Assembly (NCBI GenBank): GCA_002269645.1
Contig: NIVC01000037.1
Span: forward strand, 434,001-498,000
From: Macrostomum lignano
Lineage: Eukaryota
DNA: 64,000 bases
Direction: 5' to 3'
Made by a program: the position numbers and the translations under genes. The notes beneath the pieces are model-generated. The model was not told where the DNA came from. It searched no databases and saw only the letters and a program-made list of their open reading frames with translations. The first letter of the stretch is position 1, and each line of letters starts with the position of its first letter. Of this stretch, positions 26,871-40,740 are shown piece by piece.

Positions 26871-27272
26871 TAGATTACGATTTGAGTGTTTGCGTTCTCT
26901 CTGTGTGCGAGACTGCCCGTGCTTGTAGATGACTAAGAATGGGTATTCCTCTTCCATTTTTTGAGCAGACATATCAGCCCCTTAGACGTGACCTGTCTGG
27001 GCATCTTTTGGTTCAGGATATACCGGTAAACAGAATTGATAGACGTAAGATATGTGGCTCAGTTCTCTTGAGCAACTCAATCGGAGTCTGTATGAGTGAC
27101 TAAAATTGAGCTGTAGTGACTCATTTTGAGGCTATATAGTGACCTGACCTATTCCAGACTATAGAGTGACTCAGATCAGGAAGAAGCGTACATATATTCA
27201 GGTATTCAAACTACCCGATATGCATCGTAGATTGCGTAACTCACCGAGCTCCCCTTCATCATCGATCTACAG

Positions 27273-27750
27273 GCTGAAGTCCCCGGCTTAACCGAGGCCC
27301 AGCGCCGTCTAGATAAGTCGGGATTCGAGTGCCGCCCCTTCCTAGTCGGCTGGTACAACAGCCTTGTGGAGCCCGTGTTCCGCCTGACCGCCGCCGACGG
27401 CTCCGACCTGCCCGACAACGCCGTAGCTTTGTGCGTCCTGAGCCGGCCCGACATGTTTGAGCTGTGCCTCCTGCCGCGCCTGGCTCAGCAGGTCGGCGAA
27501 TCTGGCGACGAAATCGACCACCGAGACCCCATCGACACCGCCTGCTCGCTGGCCATCCGATCGGCGCTCGACTGCCTGTCCGAGGCCGACGCCAGGTGCC
27601 GGCAGCGGCTGCTCATCTTCGACTACGATATCCAGCCGGGCAGTCGGGCGCCTCGCGTCCTCGTGCAGACGGCCGGTCACGTGAGCGGCTGCGCGCACTT
27701 TTATCCGTCCCGGCGGGACACTGAGGGCGACACAGATCGGCTGCTGTATG
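27273..27750 (+). CDS. MMACHC: Cobalamin-processing enzyme cblC, first identifiable coding exon
   Basis: GFECRPFLVGWYN...LCVLSRPDMFE, DPIDTA, YDIQPGSRAPRVLVQTAGHVSG match MMACHC; acceptor CTACAG at 27272, donor G|GTACGG at 27751. Confidence 0.9.
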
Positions 27751-27774
27751 GTACGGTAGGAAATGGGATGCCTC

Positions 27775-28615
27775 ATCCTCCCCCTCAGCTATTATCCGCC
27801 CCGCCCAATTCTCACCCTCCCCTCAGCTATTATCCACCCCTCAGCTATTATCCGCCCCCTCAGCTATTATCCACCCCCTCAGCTATTATCCGCCCCCTCA
27901 GCTATTATCCGCCCCGCTCAATTCTCACCCTCCCCTCAGCTATTATCCGCCCCACTCAATTATCATCCGCCCCCCTCAGCTATTATCCGCCCCCTCAGCT
28001 ATTATCCGCCCCGCCCAATTCTCACCCTCCCCTCAGCTACTATCCACCCCCTCAGCTACTATCCACCCCCTCAGCTACTATCCACTCCCTCAGCTATTAT
28101 CCGCCCCCTCAGCTATTATCCGCCCCCTTAGCTATTATCCGCCCCACTCAATTATCATCCGCCCCCCTCAGCTATTATCCGCCCCGCCCAATTCTCACCC
28201 TCCCCTCAGCTACTATCCACCCCCTCAGCTACTATCCACCCCCTCAGCTACTATCCACCCCCTCAGCTATTATCCGCCCCCTCAGCTATTATCCGCCCCC
28301 TTAGCTATTATCCGCCCCGCTCAATTCTCACCCTCCCCTCAGCTATTATCCGCCCCCTCAGCTATTATCCGCCCCGCTCAATTCTCACCCTCCCCTCAGC
28401 TATTATCCGCCCCGCTCAATTCTCATCCGCCCCTTAACTTTAAGCGGGCCTACTCAATTCTCATTCGTCCCTCAACTCTGATCCGGCCTCCCTCAATGCT
28501 CATCCGCCCCCCTCAATGCTCATCCGCCCCCTCAATTCTCATCCGCCCCCTCAATTTTCATCCGCCCCCTCAATTCTCATCCGCCCCCTCAACTCTGATC
28601 CGCCATTTCAATGCT
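27775..28615. repeat. C-rich ~20-bp tandem repeat filling the MMACHC intron
   Basis: cagctattatccgcccccct variants. Confidence 0.9.
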
Positions 28616-28664
28616 CGCGTAAGTACCCAGATTGCTGATTCCATCTCTCTCTCTCTCTCCGCAG

Positions 28665-29014
28665 GCGCCTCGCTGCATCCCGTGCACGGCGGCTGGTTCG
28701 GCTTCCGCGCCGTGGCCGTCCTGCCTGATCTCCGCTTGCCCGACCTGCCCCGGCCGTCGGGCACCGCAGATCCGCTATGCGGGCGGCCGGACCTCGAGTT
28801 GGACTTTCTGCGCAAATTCAACGGCAATTGGCGCGACAATCTCTGGCGAGACTGCCTGCCCGCCGGCCGGCCAGCCCGCATCTACGCTCCGGAGTTTGTC
28901 GAGTACCTTAACACCCGGCCTTCGCAGCGGTCGGCTCTTGTGCAACAGTGGCGCTCTGAGGGGCGACTGATTAAGGCTGGGCTGGGTGTGCCTCCTGATG
29001 GGGTGTCCAAGTAG
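28665..29014 (+). CDS. MMACHC: cblC, last exon
   Basis: Acceptor (CT)n-CCGCAG at 28664 (phase 1); GASLHPVHGGWFGFRAV, FNGNWRD..WRD; TAG at 29012-29014. Confidence 0.9.
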
Positions 29015-29029
29015 ACATTGGTTCGCCTT

Positions 29030-29600
29030 GGAGCAGCGAGGGAATCCCTTGAGTAGCAGAAAGGAAAAGAAATTCCTCTCAGAACGAGGGAATTCCTTGC
29101 ATATAAATAAGCGGAAATCCCTCCCCCAATGGGGAATCCCTATCAGAATGAAGACCCCTCAGGTATAAATAAGCGGAAATCCCTCTCAGAACGGGGAATC
29201 CCTCTCAGTACGGGAATCCCTCTCTGTACGGGGAATCCCTCTCAGTACAGGGGATCCCTCTCAGTACGGAACTCCCGATCAGAATGGGAGTCTTTGTCAG
29301 AACGGGGGAATCCCTATCAGCATGGGGAATCCCTCTCAGTACGGAGAATCCCTATCAGCACGGGGAATCCCTCTCAGTATGGAGAATCCCTATCAGCACG
29401 TGGAATCCCTCTCAGTACGGAGAATCCCTATCAGCACGGGGAATCCCTATCAGGACGGAGAGTTCCTCTCTGTACGGGGAATCTCTCCCAGAAAGGGGAA
29501 GCCCTTTCAGACAGTTAGAGCGCGAATCCCTCTCAGAACTGAGGAATCCCTTGCAAACAGATTAGCGGGAATCCTTCGCATACGCTCGTATAAACACGCG
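29030..29600. repeat. Degenerate tandem repeat
   Basis: gggaatccctctcagtac-like units. Confidence 0.8.
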
Positions 29601-30043
29601 GGAATCGTCGGAACGAGGGAATCCTTATCAAAATTTTGAGCAGACAATCACGACCAATAGATAGAAAAAAGTGGTTTTCTTTAATATTCAATTAACATTG
29701 CATTCGAATTTTCATATCTATCAGTTGTGTTTTGTCCTCTATATATTAACATAAATATTTATTGTAGTTTAAATTTGCAATTCTTCTTAGATATAATTAT
29801 ACAGACTTTCAGTATTGCTGGTTGTGTTGAAATATTGCTTATTTGTTAAAGAAAAGAGTACACAGCTCAGGCAACGGGGTACAGGATGGCTTTAATTATC
29901 CAAACTAGGAAACTCCCCTTATATATTTGGACTATATATATATATAAATATTTGGACTTTTAAAGGCAGACTCCGACGTCAGAAATCAAATTATTTATAC
30001 GCAAATCGCTTATTACTAACTGGCTCTGGCGGCTAACAGTTTT

Positions 30044-30095
<52 letters not shown>

Positions 30096-30184
30096 TCTCT
30101 GAGGCACCGGACATCTCATCACTGATGAGTTAATTGCTTGTGAATGGGCTTAAATCTCACTTGAAGAATTTTCTCTGGACGTGT

Positions 30185-30620
30185 GATTTATTTTCACTCT
30201 CTTACTCTCATCTCCATTTTCACTCTCTTACTCTCATCTCCATTTTCACTCTCTTACTTTCATCTCCATTTTCACTCTCTTACTTTCATCTCCATTTTCA
30301 CTCTCTTACTCTCATCTCCATTTTCACTCTTACTCTCATCTCCATTTTCACTCTCTTACTCTCATCTCCATTTTCACTCTCTTACTCTCATCTCCATTTT
30401 CACTCTCTTACTCTCATCTCCATTTTAACTCTCTTACTCTCATCTCCATTTTCACTCTCTTACTCTCATCTCCATTTTCACTCTCTTACTCTCATCTCCA
30501 TTTCCACTCTCTTACTCTCATCTCCATTTTCACTCTCCTACTCTCATCTCAATTTTCACTCTTACTCTCATCTCCATTTTCACTCTCTTACTCTCATCTC
30601 CATTTCACTCTTACTCTCAT
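30185..30620. repeat. CT-rich tandem repeat
   Basis: ctctcttactctcatctccattttca units. Confidence 0.9.
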
Positions 30621-30712
30621 TTCCATGTTCGCTCTAGAATTATACCTATTTTCACTCTCATCCAGAACCAGAATGCAGATAGATAGATAGACAGACAGAT
30701 AGATAGATAGAC

Positions 30713-30746
<34 letters not shown>

Positions 30747-30747
30747 G

Positions 30748-30794
<47 letters not shown>

Positions 30795-30795
30795 G

Positions 30796-30827
<32 letters not shown>

Positions 30828-31381
30828 CAGACAGATAGACAGAACGCACTGGGTGCAGCAAACCCGAGCCCAAATCCCAGTGGAGAATGATTAGGGGAAG
30901 CCGTGCAGGAGGGGAAGCCAGACGAGCTGCCCCGAGATGGATGGCCAATAGAAGCAGAAAATTCTGAGCAATGTGCGCGTAAACGGAACGTCGACTAAAG
31001 AAAAAAATGAATTAAAAGAGCTGGAAGAGAGCAGCTGAGAATGGCTGGTCGCGTGCGAGGTTACCACCGGTCTTCGGGCGCGTTTCGGACCGGGCCAGCC
31101 GAAGGGAATCACGTGACTGATCTTTGCGTGTGACCAACAAAAATGCCTAACGAAAGGCAATCGATCCGGCCAGATAAAGACAGCACGACGACAATTCGTT
31201 CAATCACAAAGCAGCTTTTTTGAATGGGAAAGGAAAAAAGAAATTTCTGTAGAAATTGAAAATCATAAATCTTAAGCTGCATATGATATGATATGAGCCT
31301 ATAGGGAGGGGACGGGAGAATGGCGGCATTGAGAAATGAAGGTGAGACAATGAGAATTTTGGTGAGTGAGAAATCTATCTG

Positions 31382-31445
<64 letters not shown>

Positions 31446-32227
31446 AAATATCTAGTCCGACTATGTCTGTCTTAGTGTTTGTCTGTCTGCCTGTCCTGTC
31501 GGTCTGTCTGTCCGTCTGTGTGTTTGTCTGCCTGTCTGTCTGCCTGTCCTGTCGGTCTGTCTGTCTGCCTGTCTGTCCTTCTGTCTGTCTGTCCTTCTGT
31601 CTGTCTGTCTATCTGTCTGCCTGCCTATCCATTTGTCCGACAGCCAGCTGAGGCTACATGCAGCGCACAGTCACTGCAAGCCAGACAGCTTATTACACTG
31701 AGGCAGCCGCTTTGCCGTGCACTCTCTCAGCTCGCTGCCAACGGCAGGCCTACATCAGCGCTTCAGCATTCCGGAGCCGCCCGTGCGCGCCGTTGCTGCG
31801 GAGCTGATAAGCCGGCAAGGGGTTATTAGTGCAGCGGCCGCTGCATCAGAGGCCCATCTGAGCGATGAAAAATGGAATACCAGGCGGAGGGGCGCAACCA
31901 GATTGCAAACGGCGGAATATTAGGGCCGTACCAGTGCAGATGCACTGTAACTGGCTGATAAGCAGTACAGTGATATTCTGTCATCTGTCATAAAGCTTTC
32001 TCGCAAGCACTTAGAAGACTTCGTAAAGCATCTGACATTGGCCGGCCATTAACACTGCTTAATTTACGAGCGGCGAGCTGGAATTCTCTTTTTACTTCAA
32101 CTGATTGGTGCCGTGATTGGAAAAACTGGTTGGCACTAATTGGTCTGTCTGTGGCGCTGCAGGCAGGAATGCGCCTTGCCGACTCTATCCCCGATGCACT
32201 GAGACTATCCGGCACTCTAACTGCATT

Positions 32228-33150
32228 GAGAATCGCCCATCAAATCTCAGTGAGAATCGCCCATCAAATCTCATTGATAATCTCTAACCAAATCTCAGTG
32301 AGAATCGCCCATCACATCTCATTGATAATCGCTAACCAAATCTCAGTGAGAATCGCCCATCACATCTCATTGATGATCGCTAGCCAAATCTCAGTGAGAA
32401 TCGCCCATCACATCTCATTGATAATCGCTAGCCAAATCTCAGTGAGAATCGCCCATCACATCTCATTGATAATCGCTAATCAAATCTCAGTGAGAATCGC
32501 CCATCACATCTCATTGATAATCGCTAGCCAAATCTCAGTGAGAATCGCCCATCACATCTCATTGATAATCGCTAACCAAATCTCAGTGAGAATCGCCCAT
32601 CACATCTCATTGATAATCGCTAGCCAAATCTCAGTGAGAATCGCCCATCACATCTCATTGATGATCGCTAGCCAAATCTCAGTGAGAATCGCCCATCACA
32701 TCTCATTGATGATCGCTAGCCAAATCTCAGTGAGAATCGCCCATCACATCTCATTGATAATCTCTAACCAAATCTCATTGTGAATCGCCCATCACATCTC
32801 ATTGATAATCGCTAGCCAAATCTCAGTGAGAATCGCCCATCACATCTCATTGATGATCGCTAGCCAAATCTCAGTGAGAATCGCCCATCACATCTCATTG
32901 ATAATCGCTAATCAAATCTCAGTGAGAATCGCCCATCACATCTCATTGATAATCGCTAGCGAAATCTCAGTGAGAATCGCCCATCACATCTCATTGATAA
33001 TCGCTAGCCAAATCTCAGTGAGAATCGCCCATCACATCTCATTGATGATCGCTAGCCAAATCTCAGTGAGAATCGCCCATCACATCTCATTGATGATCGC
33101 TAGCCAAATCTCAGTGAGAATCGCCCATCACATCTCATTGATAATCGCTA
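32228..33150 (+). repeat. 48-bp satellite, forward arm
   Basis: gagaatcgcccatcacatctcattgataatcgctagccaaatctcagt repeated about 19 times. Confidence 0.95.
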
Positions 33151-33267
33151 GCCTATTCCGGTCTCTCCCGGACACTCAGGCAACACTTCAGTGAGTCTCT
33201 CCCGGACACTCAGGCAACACTTCACAGAGTCTCTCCCAGACACTCAGGCAACACTTCACTGAGTCTT

Positions 33268-35187
33268 TCTCACTGAGATTTGGTTAGCGATTATCAATGA
33301 GATGTGATGGGCGATTCTCACTGAGATTTGGTTAGCGATTATCAATGAGATGTGATGGGCGATTCTCACTGAGATTTGGTTAGCGATTATCAATGAGATG
33401 TGATGGGCGATTCTCACTGAGATTTGGCTAGCGATCATCAATGAGATGTGATGGGCGATTCTCACTGAGATTTGGTTAGCGATCATCAATGAGATGTGAT
33501 GGGCGATTCTCACTGAGATTTGGTTAGCGATTATCAATGAGATGTGATGGGCGATTCTCACTGAGATTTGGTTAGCGATTATCAATGAGATGTGATGGGC
33601 GATTCTCACTGAGATTTGGTTAGCGATTATCAATAAGATGTGATGGGCGATTCTCACTGAGATTTGGCTAGCGATTATCAATGAGATGTGATGGGCGATT
33701 CTCACTGAGATTTGGTTAGCGATTATCAATGAGATGTGATGGGCGATTCTCACTGAGATTTGGTTAGCGATTATCAATGAGATGTGATGGGCGATTCTCA
33801 CTGAGATTTGGCTAGCGATCATCAATGAGATGTGATGGGCGATTCTCACTGAGATTTGGTTAGCGATCATCAATGAGATGTGATGGGCGATTCTCACTGA
33901 GATTTGGTTAGCGATTATCAATGAGATGTGATGGGCGATTCTCACTGAGATTTGGTTAGCGATTATCAATGAGATGTGATGGGCGATTCTCACTGAGATT
34001 TGGTTAGCGATTATCAATAAGATGTGATGGGCGATTCTCACTGAGATTTGGCTAGCGATTATCAATGAGATGTGATGGGCGATTCTCACTGAGATTTGGC
34101 TAGCGATTATCAATGAGATGTGATGGGCGATTCTCACTGAGATTTGGTTAGCGATTATCAATGAGATGTGATGGGCGATTCTCACTGAGATTTGGCTAGC
34201 GATCATCAATGAGATGTGATGGGCGATTCTCACTGAGATTTGGTTAGCGATTATCAATGAGATGTGATGGGCGATTCTCACTGAGATTTGGTTAGCGATT
34301 ATCAATGAGATGTGATGGGCGATTCTCACTGAGATTTGGCTAGCGATCATCAATGAGATGTGATGGGCGATTCTCACTGAGATTTGGTTAGCGATCATCA
34401 ATGAGATGTGATGGGCGATTCTCACTGAGATTTGGTTAGCGATTATCAATGAGATGTGATGGGCGATTCTCACTGAGATTTGGTTAGCGATTATCAATGA
34501 GATGTGATGGGCGATTCTCACTGAGATTTGGTTAGCGATTATCAATGAGATGTGATGGGCGATTCTCACTGAGATTTGGCTAGCGATCACCAATGAGATG
34601 TGATGGGCGATTCTCACTGAGATTTGGTTAGCGATTATCAATGAGATGTGATGGGCGATTCTCACTGAGATTTGGCTAGCGATCATCAATGAGATGTGAT
34701 GGGCGATTCACAATGAGATTTGGTTAGAGATTATCAATGAGATGTGATGGGCGATTCACAATGAGATTTGGTTAGCGATTATCAATGAGATGTGATGGGC
34801 GATTCTCACTGAGATTTGGCTAGCGATCACCAATGAGATGTGATGGGCGATTCTCACTGAGATTTGGTTAGCGATTATCAATGAGATGTGATGGGCGATT
34901 CTCACTGAGATTTGGCTAGCGATCATCAATGAGATGTGATGGGCGATTCTCACTGAGATTTGGTTAGCGATTATCAATGAGATGTGATGGGCGATTCTCA
35001 CTGAGATTTGGTTAGCGATTATCAATGAGATGTGATGGGCGATTCTCACTGAGATTTGGCTAGCGATTATCAATGAGATGTGATGGGCGATTCTCACTGA
35101 GATTTGGCTAGCGATTATCAATGAGATGTGATGGGCGATTCTCACTGAGATTTGGCTAGCGATTATCAATGAGATGTGATGGGCGAT
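33268..35187 (-). repeat. 48-bp satellite, inverted arm
   Basis: Reverse complement of the same unit, about 40 copies. Confidence 0.95.
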
Positions 35188-35761
35188 TTCGACTGTTGTA
35201 CTCTCTCTCGGACACTCAGGCAAAACTTCACTGAGTCTCTCCCCGGACACTCAGGCAACACTTCAGTGAGTCTCTCCTACACTCAGCCGGCCCCCAAGAT
35301 TTTGTCTCCCAGACGGAGCCACCGACTCCACCACAGGGAAAAGTGCAGTTCCAGTCTGGCCCTGAGTCTAAACGCTACGCATGCAAACTAGCGACCCAGT
35401 TATTTCCTAGAAATGCGCCCCCCTTCCAACACGCTATGAGCCCGTCTGGCAGGCTGACTATGGCGAATTTAATTTCGATTTTCCAGCGCCGGTTTCAGAC
35501 TCTGCACCCTGGAAACTGGACCGAATAACTGTCTCAGTAGTCGGACTTAATAATATTATCCGAACCGGAACAACACAAGTTTGTTTCTCGAGAAACGGTA
35601 TTTATCTATCTTTTTTGGACTCCGCTCCCATTACTTCCGCTTTGCCTCAGTAGATATTATATCTTTTGTCTTAGATTAGAGCATGCGGCAAAAAGACCCG
35701 CAGGGAGATCCGATTTCCTTACCGTAAATAAGCTGGCTTTCTGGCTTCCTCCTAATCACTG

Positions 35762-36220
35762 CAGGCTGCATCCTTTATCTACTCAGGCTGCATCCTTTAT
35801 CTACTAAGGCTGCATCCTATATCTACTCAGGCTGCTTCCTTTATCTACTCAGGCTGCATCCTTTATCTACTAAGGCTGCATCCTATATCTACTCAGGCTG
35901 CTTCCTTTATCTACTCAGGCTGCATCCATATCTACTCAGGCTGCATCCATATCTACTCAGACTGCATCCTTTATCTACTCAGGCTGCATCCTATATCTAC
36001 TCAGACTGCATTCTATATCTACTCAGACTGCATCCTATATCTACTCAGGCTGCATCCTATATCTACTCAGGCTGCATCCTATATCTACTCAGGCTGCATC
36101 CTATATCTACTCAGGCTGCATCCTATATCTACTCAGGCTGCATCCTATATCTACTCTATATATCTACTCAGACTGCATTTTATATCTACTCAGGCTGCAT
36201 CCATATCTACTCAGGCTGCA
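35762..36220. repeat. 22-bp tandem repeat
   Basis: ggctgcatcctatatctactca. Confidence 0.9.
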
Positions 36221-36749
36221 CTTTCCCTTATGTAAATCTAAGGGCCTTGTCCTCTAAGGTCATAAATTATAATCTCACGAACACCCGCGTCACTCAAAGC
36301 TACTCCGAGCTCTACTCTCAATGCATCTTAATGACTGGGCCATTAAACTGGGTACTGGCGGCAGCTGATTCCAGTACAGAAAGTACTGCACAGTAACATA
36401 TAGCTAGCGCAGGCTGTATCAGGATCATTGCGACACTAAATTGCAGCATTTGGTGTCCCATCCACAGGCAGACTGACATAGTTCTCAGCCACTTATTTCT
36501 GAGCACTTTGTTTGGCTTGGCGACATCTGGCTCTAGATTTCAGACTTTGAGTGGCTGTTCTCAAATTTAATTTGATTCCTCCAGCATAGCGTTTTTAACC
36601 TTATTTCATTCCCACGACTGCGCTGTGTCAAATATAATTTCCTAACGATTAGCTTCAATGATTACTCCAACTCAATTCTATCATTTCTGATTAGTATTGT
36701 ATCGCTTCTGCTTGAATTTGACCCGCTTGGAAACATAAAACTCTTCAGG

Positions 36750-37200
36750 CCCGATCTAATCTCTTCAGACCCGATCTAATCTCTTTAGGCCATATCTAAT
36801 CTATTCAGGCCCTATGTAATCTCTTCAGACCCTATCTAATCTCTTCAGATCCTATCTAATCTCTTCAGACCCTATCTTATCTCTTCAGACTCTATTCAAT
36901 ATCTTCAGACTCTATCCAATATCTTCAGGCTCTATCCAATATCTTCAGGCTCTATCCAATATCTTCAGGCTCTATCCAATATCTTCAGGCTCTATCCAAT
37001 ATCTTCAGGCTCTATCCAATATCTTCAGGCTCTATCCAATATCTTCAGGCTCTATCCAATATCTTCAGGCTCTATCCAATATCTTCAGGCTCTATCCAAT
37101 ATCTTCAGACTCTATCCAATATCTTCAGGCTCTATCCAATATCTTCAGACTCTATCCAATATCTTCAGGCTCTATCCAATATCTTCAGGTTTCATTCAAT
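36750..37200. repeat. 20-bp tandem repeat
   Basis: tctatccaatatcttcaggc. Confidence 0.9.
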
Positions 37201-37984
37201 ACATTCGGGCTCTATCCAAGGAGCTGCAATCAATCTTGGAAGCCACAGCCTATCACGCAGCATCGATTCAGCTTTGTTCTTCTCTGACTTCGTGCTTTCT
37301 CATATATTATTATTTTTGCTTCAGGGAAAAACTATTCAATATATTTCTCCTCGGCATGTATCTGCGTGGCTGTTGCTTCTGCTGTTGCTGGAGAGTTTCG
37401 CATTCATTTTAACACAGAAAATAAGCACTTGTAGAGGCATGGTGGAATGATAATTTATGCAAAGACCTACTAAGGTGGCAATTCGGGAGAGATACCAGAA
37501 ATTGATGAGGGATGCGTTCATTTCGCGCACAGGAAAAAAATGATAAAAGACAATGCACTCTGCTGCTCTGGTACTCTAGCTTCCACAGCCCTCCGTTTCT
37601 GTACTTTTTTCCTCGCCTGAGTAGGAGATGTCTCGCATTGGAGCAACTGGAGTGGGACAAAATCTATCTCGGAGCATTCTCAGGCAGTTGCCGAGTTTCC
37701 AGTTTCATCCATTCAATTCCATGGGAAACGGAGACGCCTGCTGCGGCAAGCTAGGGCGGGATCATTAGCCTGGGAGGAGATTACCGGGCATAAGAGGTCT
37801 GGTGATGAGGCAAGGAGATCTGGAACAAAAATCTGGATTGTCTGTCTTCTATACGTGATGAAACAAGGCAGCCCGCCCGTTGAAAATGTCTATGGCCAAA
37901 AGCCCATTGACTCGCTCGTTTCACGCGCCCGACAAGAGACTGTCTATGGTAAATCCTAACTTAGGGGCTGCGGCATTAGAGGCA

Positions 37985-38205
37985 GAAGGACACACAAGCG
38001 CGCGGATACGTACGCAGTCATACGCACAGGCACACACTCACACAGAAGTGTACAGCGGCTCTAACTTTATTTATCGTTAGGCATGTACACTTCACTGTGC
38101 CTACAGGGGTTGGCCCTCAAATTAATGTGACTGCATTTGAAATCAAGCCTGGACAGCTGGTACATCAGAGCGCCGCGCTAGACTGCTAGGTCACGGGCCC
38201 CTGGC
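37985..38205 (-). mobile_element. SINE family A copy
   Basis: Closely similar to 23735-23985 (cacaagcgcgcggatacgtacgcag...ttatcgttaggcatgtacacttcactg...), with an internal deletion. Confidence 0.75.
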
Positions 38206-38909
38206 ACTGTGGTAACTGCAATATGTAGCTGCTTAAGACTGCTTGCTTAGTTTTATATGATTCGGGCTAAATCAACGGCTTAGCATCCATTTCGCTCAGC
38301 TCGCTCAGTCTTAGAAAACTCGCTTGTCTCTTGAAAATGAAGGTCTGGGGTGAGGATGCTGTTCGCACTCCAGATTCTGCTTCCGAGGTCGCCTTGGCGG
38401 GGGATTACAGTCGATGAATCTCCCTTTGGCCGAGATCTGAACAGAAGCTGGTTTAGGGAGGCTGCTATAACATTCAGGTTTCATGGGGGCGGTCGAGGAA
38501 GCGACCGGCGGGGAGATAATGGCGGCTCATCCGCGAATTCGAGGTCAAATAAAACAGAGAGTGTAAAGCCAGAGGCGGCTAAGGCTAAGGGAAGAGCGAC
38601 TTCGGCCGCTTGTTCGGCAAAAGGGATATATGATAAGAGCTGGGCAGCTAGAAAGGACAAGATAGTTTTATTCAAGATGCGCTGACAAAGGACTGCCAAA
38701 TGAATCGAAAGAACGAAAGATTAGAACAAAAATAAAAGGCAAGTTGAAACGGAGGCATAGAAGGGATGAAGACAAAAAAGATGCTGGGATTATCGCATGC
38801 TCACTGCGGCTTAGACATATGCCATGAAGACAGACGCGGGCACTGTCACAGACAGAGCGGGAACCAGACAAATGGGCCAACAGAAATGCAAGCAGACATT
38901 AAGGAAGAC

Positions 38910-38912
38910 AGT

Positions 38913-39002
<90 letters not shown>

Positions 39003-39027
39003 CACAGACAGACAGGCAGACAGACAC

Positions 39028-39076
<49 letters not shown>

Positions 39077-39131
39077 GAGACAGACAGACACAGGCAGGCA
39101 GACAGACAGACAGACAGACAGACACAGACAC

Positions 39132-39186
<55 letters not shown>

Positions 39187-39187
39187 C

Positions 39188-39256
<69 letters not shown>

Positions 39257-39279
39257 GAGACAGACAGACACAGGCAGGC

Positions 39280-39312
<33 letters not shown>

Positions 39313-39325
39313 CACAGACAGACAC

Positions 39326-39362
<37 letters not shown>

Positions 39363-39380
39363 TAGACAGACAGACAGACC

Positions 39381-39476
<96 letters not shown>

Positions 39477-39477
39477 G
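38910..39477. repeat. (CAGA)n microsatellite
   Basis: Direct reading. Confidence 0.95.
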
Positions 39478-40387
39478 GGCTACACGACAACAGGATGGAG
39501 TAGGAGGCCAGGCGGGGAAGAAGGCGGGCAGCTCAGGCCAGGTGAAGGCAAGCACAGCGGCTGAGGCTAAAATGCAGCCAGGCACAGCCGTGCTGGAACA
39601 AAACGCTTCTAAAAGCAGCAAAGAGCCGGAGGAGAGCAGGCACTTATTGAAGAGCTCAGCGCCCACAGTTTTATTTCTCGTCAATAAAAGCAACAGAGGA
39701 GTCAGAACTGCCTCGCCCCGCCACCCCTCCTGTACTCGAGCACTGCCAATCCTCTCACCGTTATTTTGGCTGAAACTCCCACTAAGCAATGCGCACTTCC
39801 TGTGTGGCTGAGCAAGTGCAATCGGCCCCACTTCGACACGGGGATCGCGGGGATTCTATTGCGCTTGTAAGGGAGAAAGACGGAGTCGGCGGCGGCTGCT
39901 GCTGCGTGACTCGGGGCGGATTTCCCGCCGAACGGAATGCGTGCCTGTGCTTTTGTTGTTGCAAAATTCTGAGCAGTGCTTATAAGTGCGTTTGGAAAAT
40001 TCGTTAGCATCTTAGTGTAAGCACTGCTCCTGATTGGCAGGGCCCACCTGGCTTTGATGTCTCTTTGTCTCTTTCGTATCTGCTTTTCTCCTTTAGCTCT
40101 TCTGTTAGTACCTTTTACGTATGTTGGAATTAAAAAATGTTTCAAAATTTTAGCTTGCATTCTGACATCGGCGGCCCTTTTTTGCTGTGCTACTCGTCTT
40201 CTTCAAAGCAAGATGCCAGCGGTTCGATAATTGCAAATTGCATAGGATCAATCTAGGCCCAGCAGCTCGCTAAGTAGTTACTCAGTGCGTGTCCTACCGT
40301 ACTGCGAGTTTGCTACTTTAGGCAATTAGCAAAACCTATAGTAGCAATTGCAATTGACTCAGATACCTGGGTGTGAGGTATGCCTCG

Positions 40388-40740
40388 GTGCACACCTGTG
40401 ACACCAACCAATGCATCAGTGCACACCTGTGACACCAACCAATGCATCAGTGCACACACCTGTGACACCAACCAATGCATCAGTGCACACCTGTGACACC
40501 AACCAATGCATCAGTGCACACACCTGTGACACCAACCAATGCATCAGTGCACACACCTGTGACACCAACCAATGCATCAGTGCACACCTGTGACACCAAC
40601 CAATACCTCAGTGCACACACCTGTGACACCAACCAATGCATCAGTGCACACCTGTGACACCAACCAATGCCTCAGTGCACACCTGTGACACCAACCAATG
40701 CCTCAGTGCACACCTGTGACACCAACCAATGCCTCAGTGC
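40388..40740. repeat. 31/33-bp tandem repeat
   Basis: gtgcacacctgtgacaccaaccaatgcatca. Confidence 0.9.

Noticed and set aside
32130-35250. Long ORFs with ISVRIAHHISLIIASQ repeats
   Set aside because: By-product of a 48-bp (codon-multiple) satellite; no unique domain or splice context
38350-39900. GC-richer ORFs around the CAGA microsatellite
   Set aside because: No recognisable motifs or consistent splice pattern; competing short ORFs on both strands
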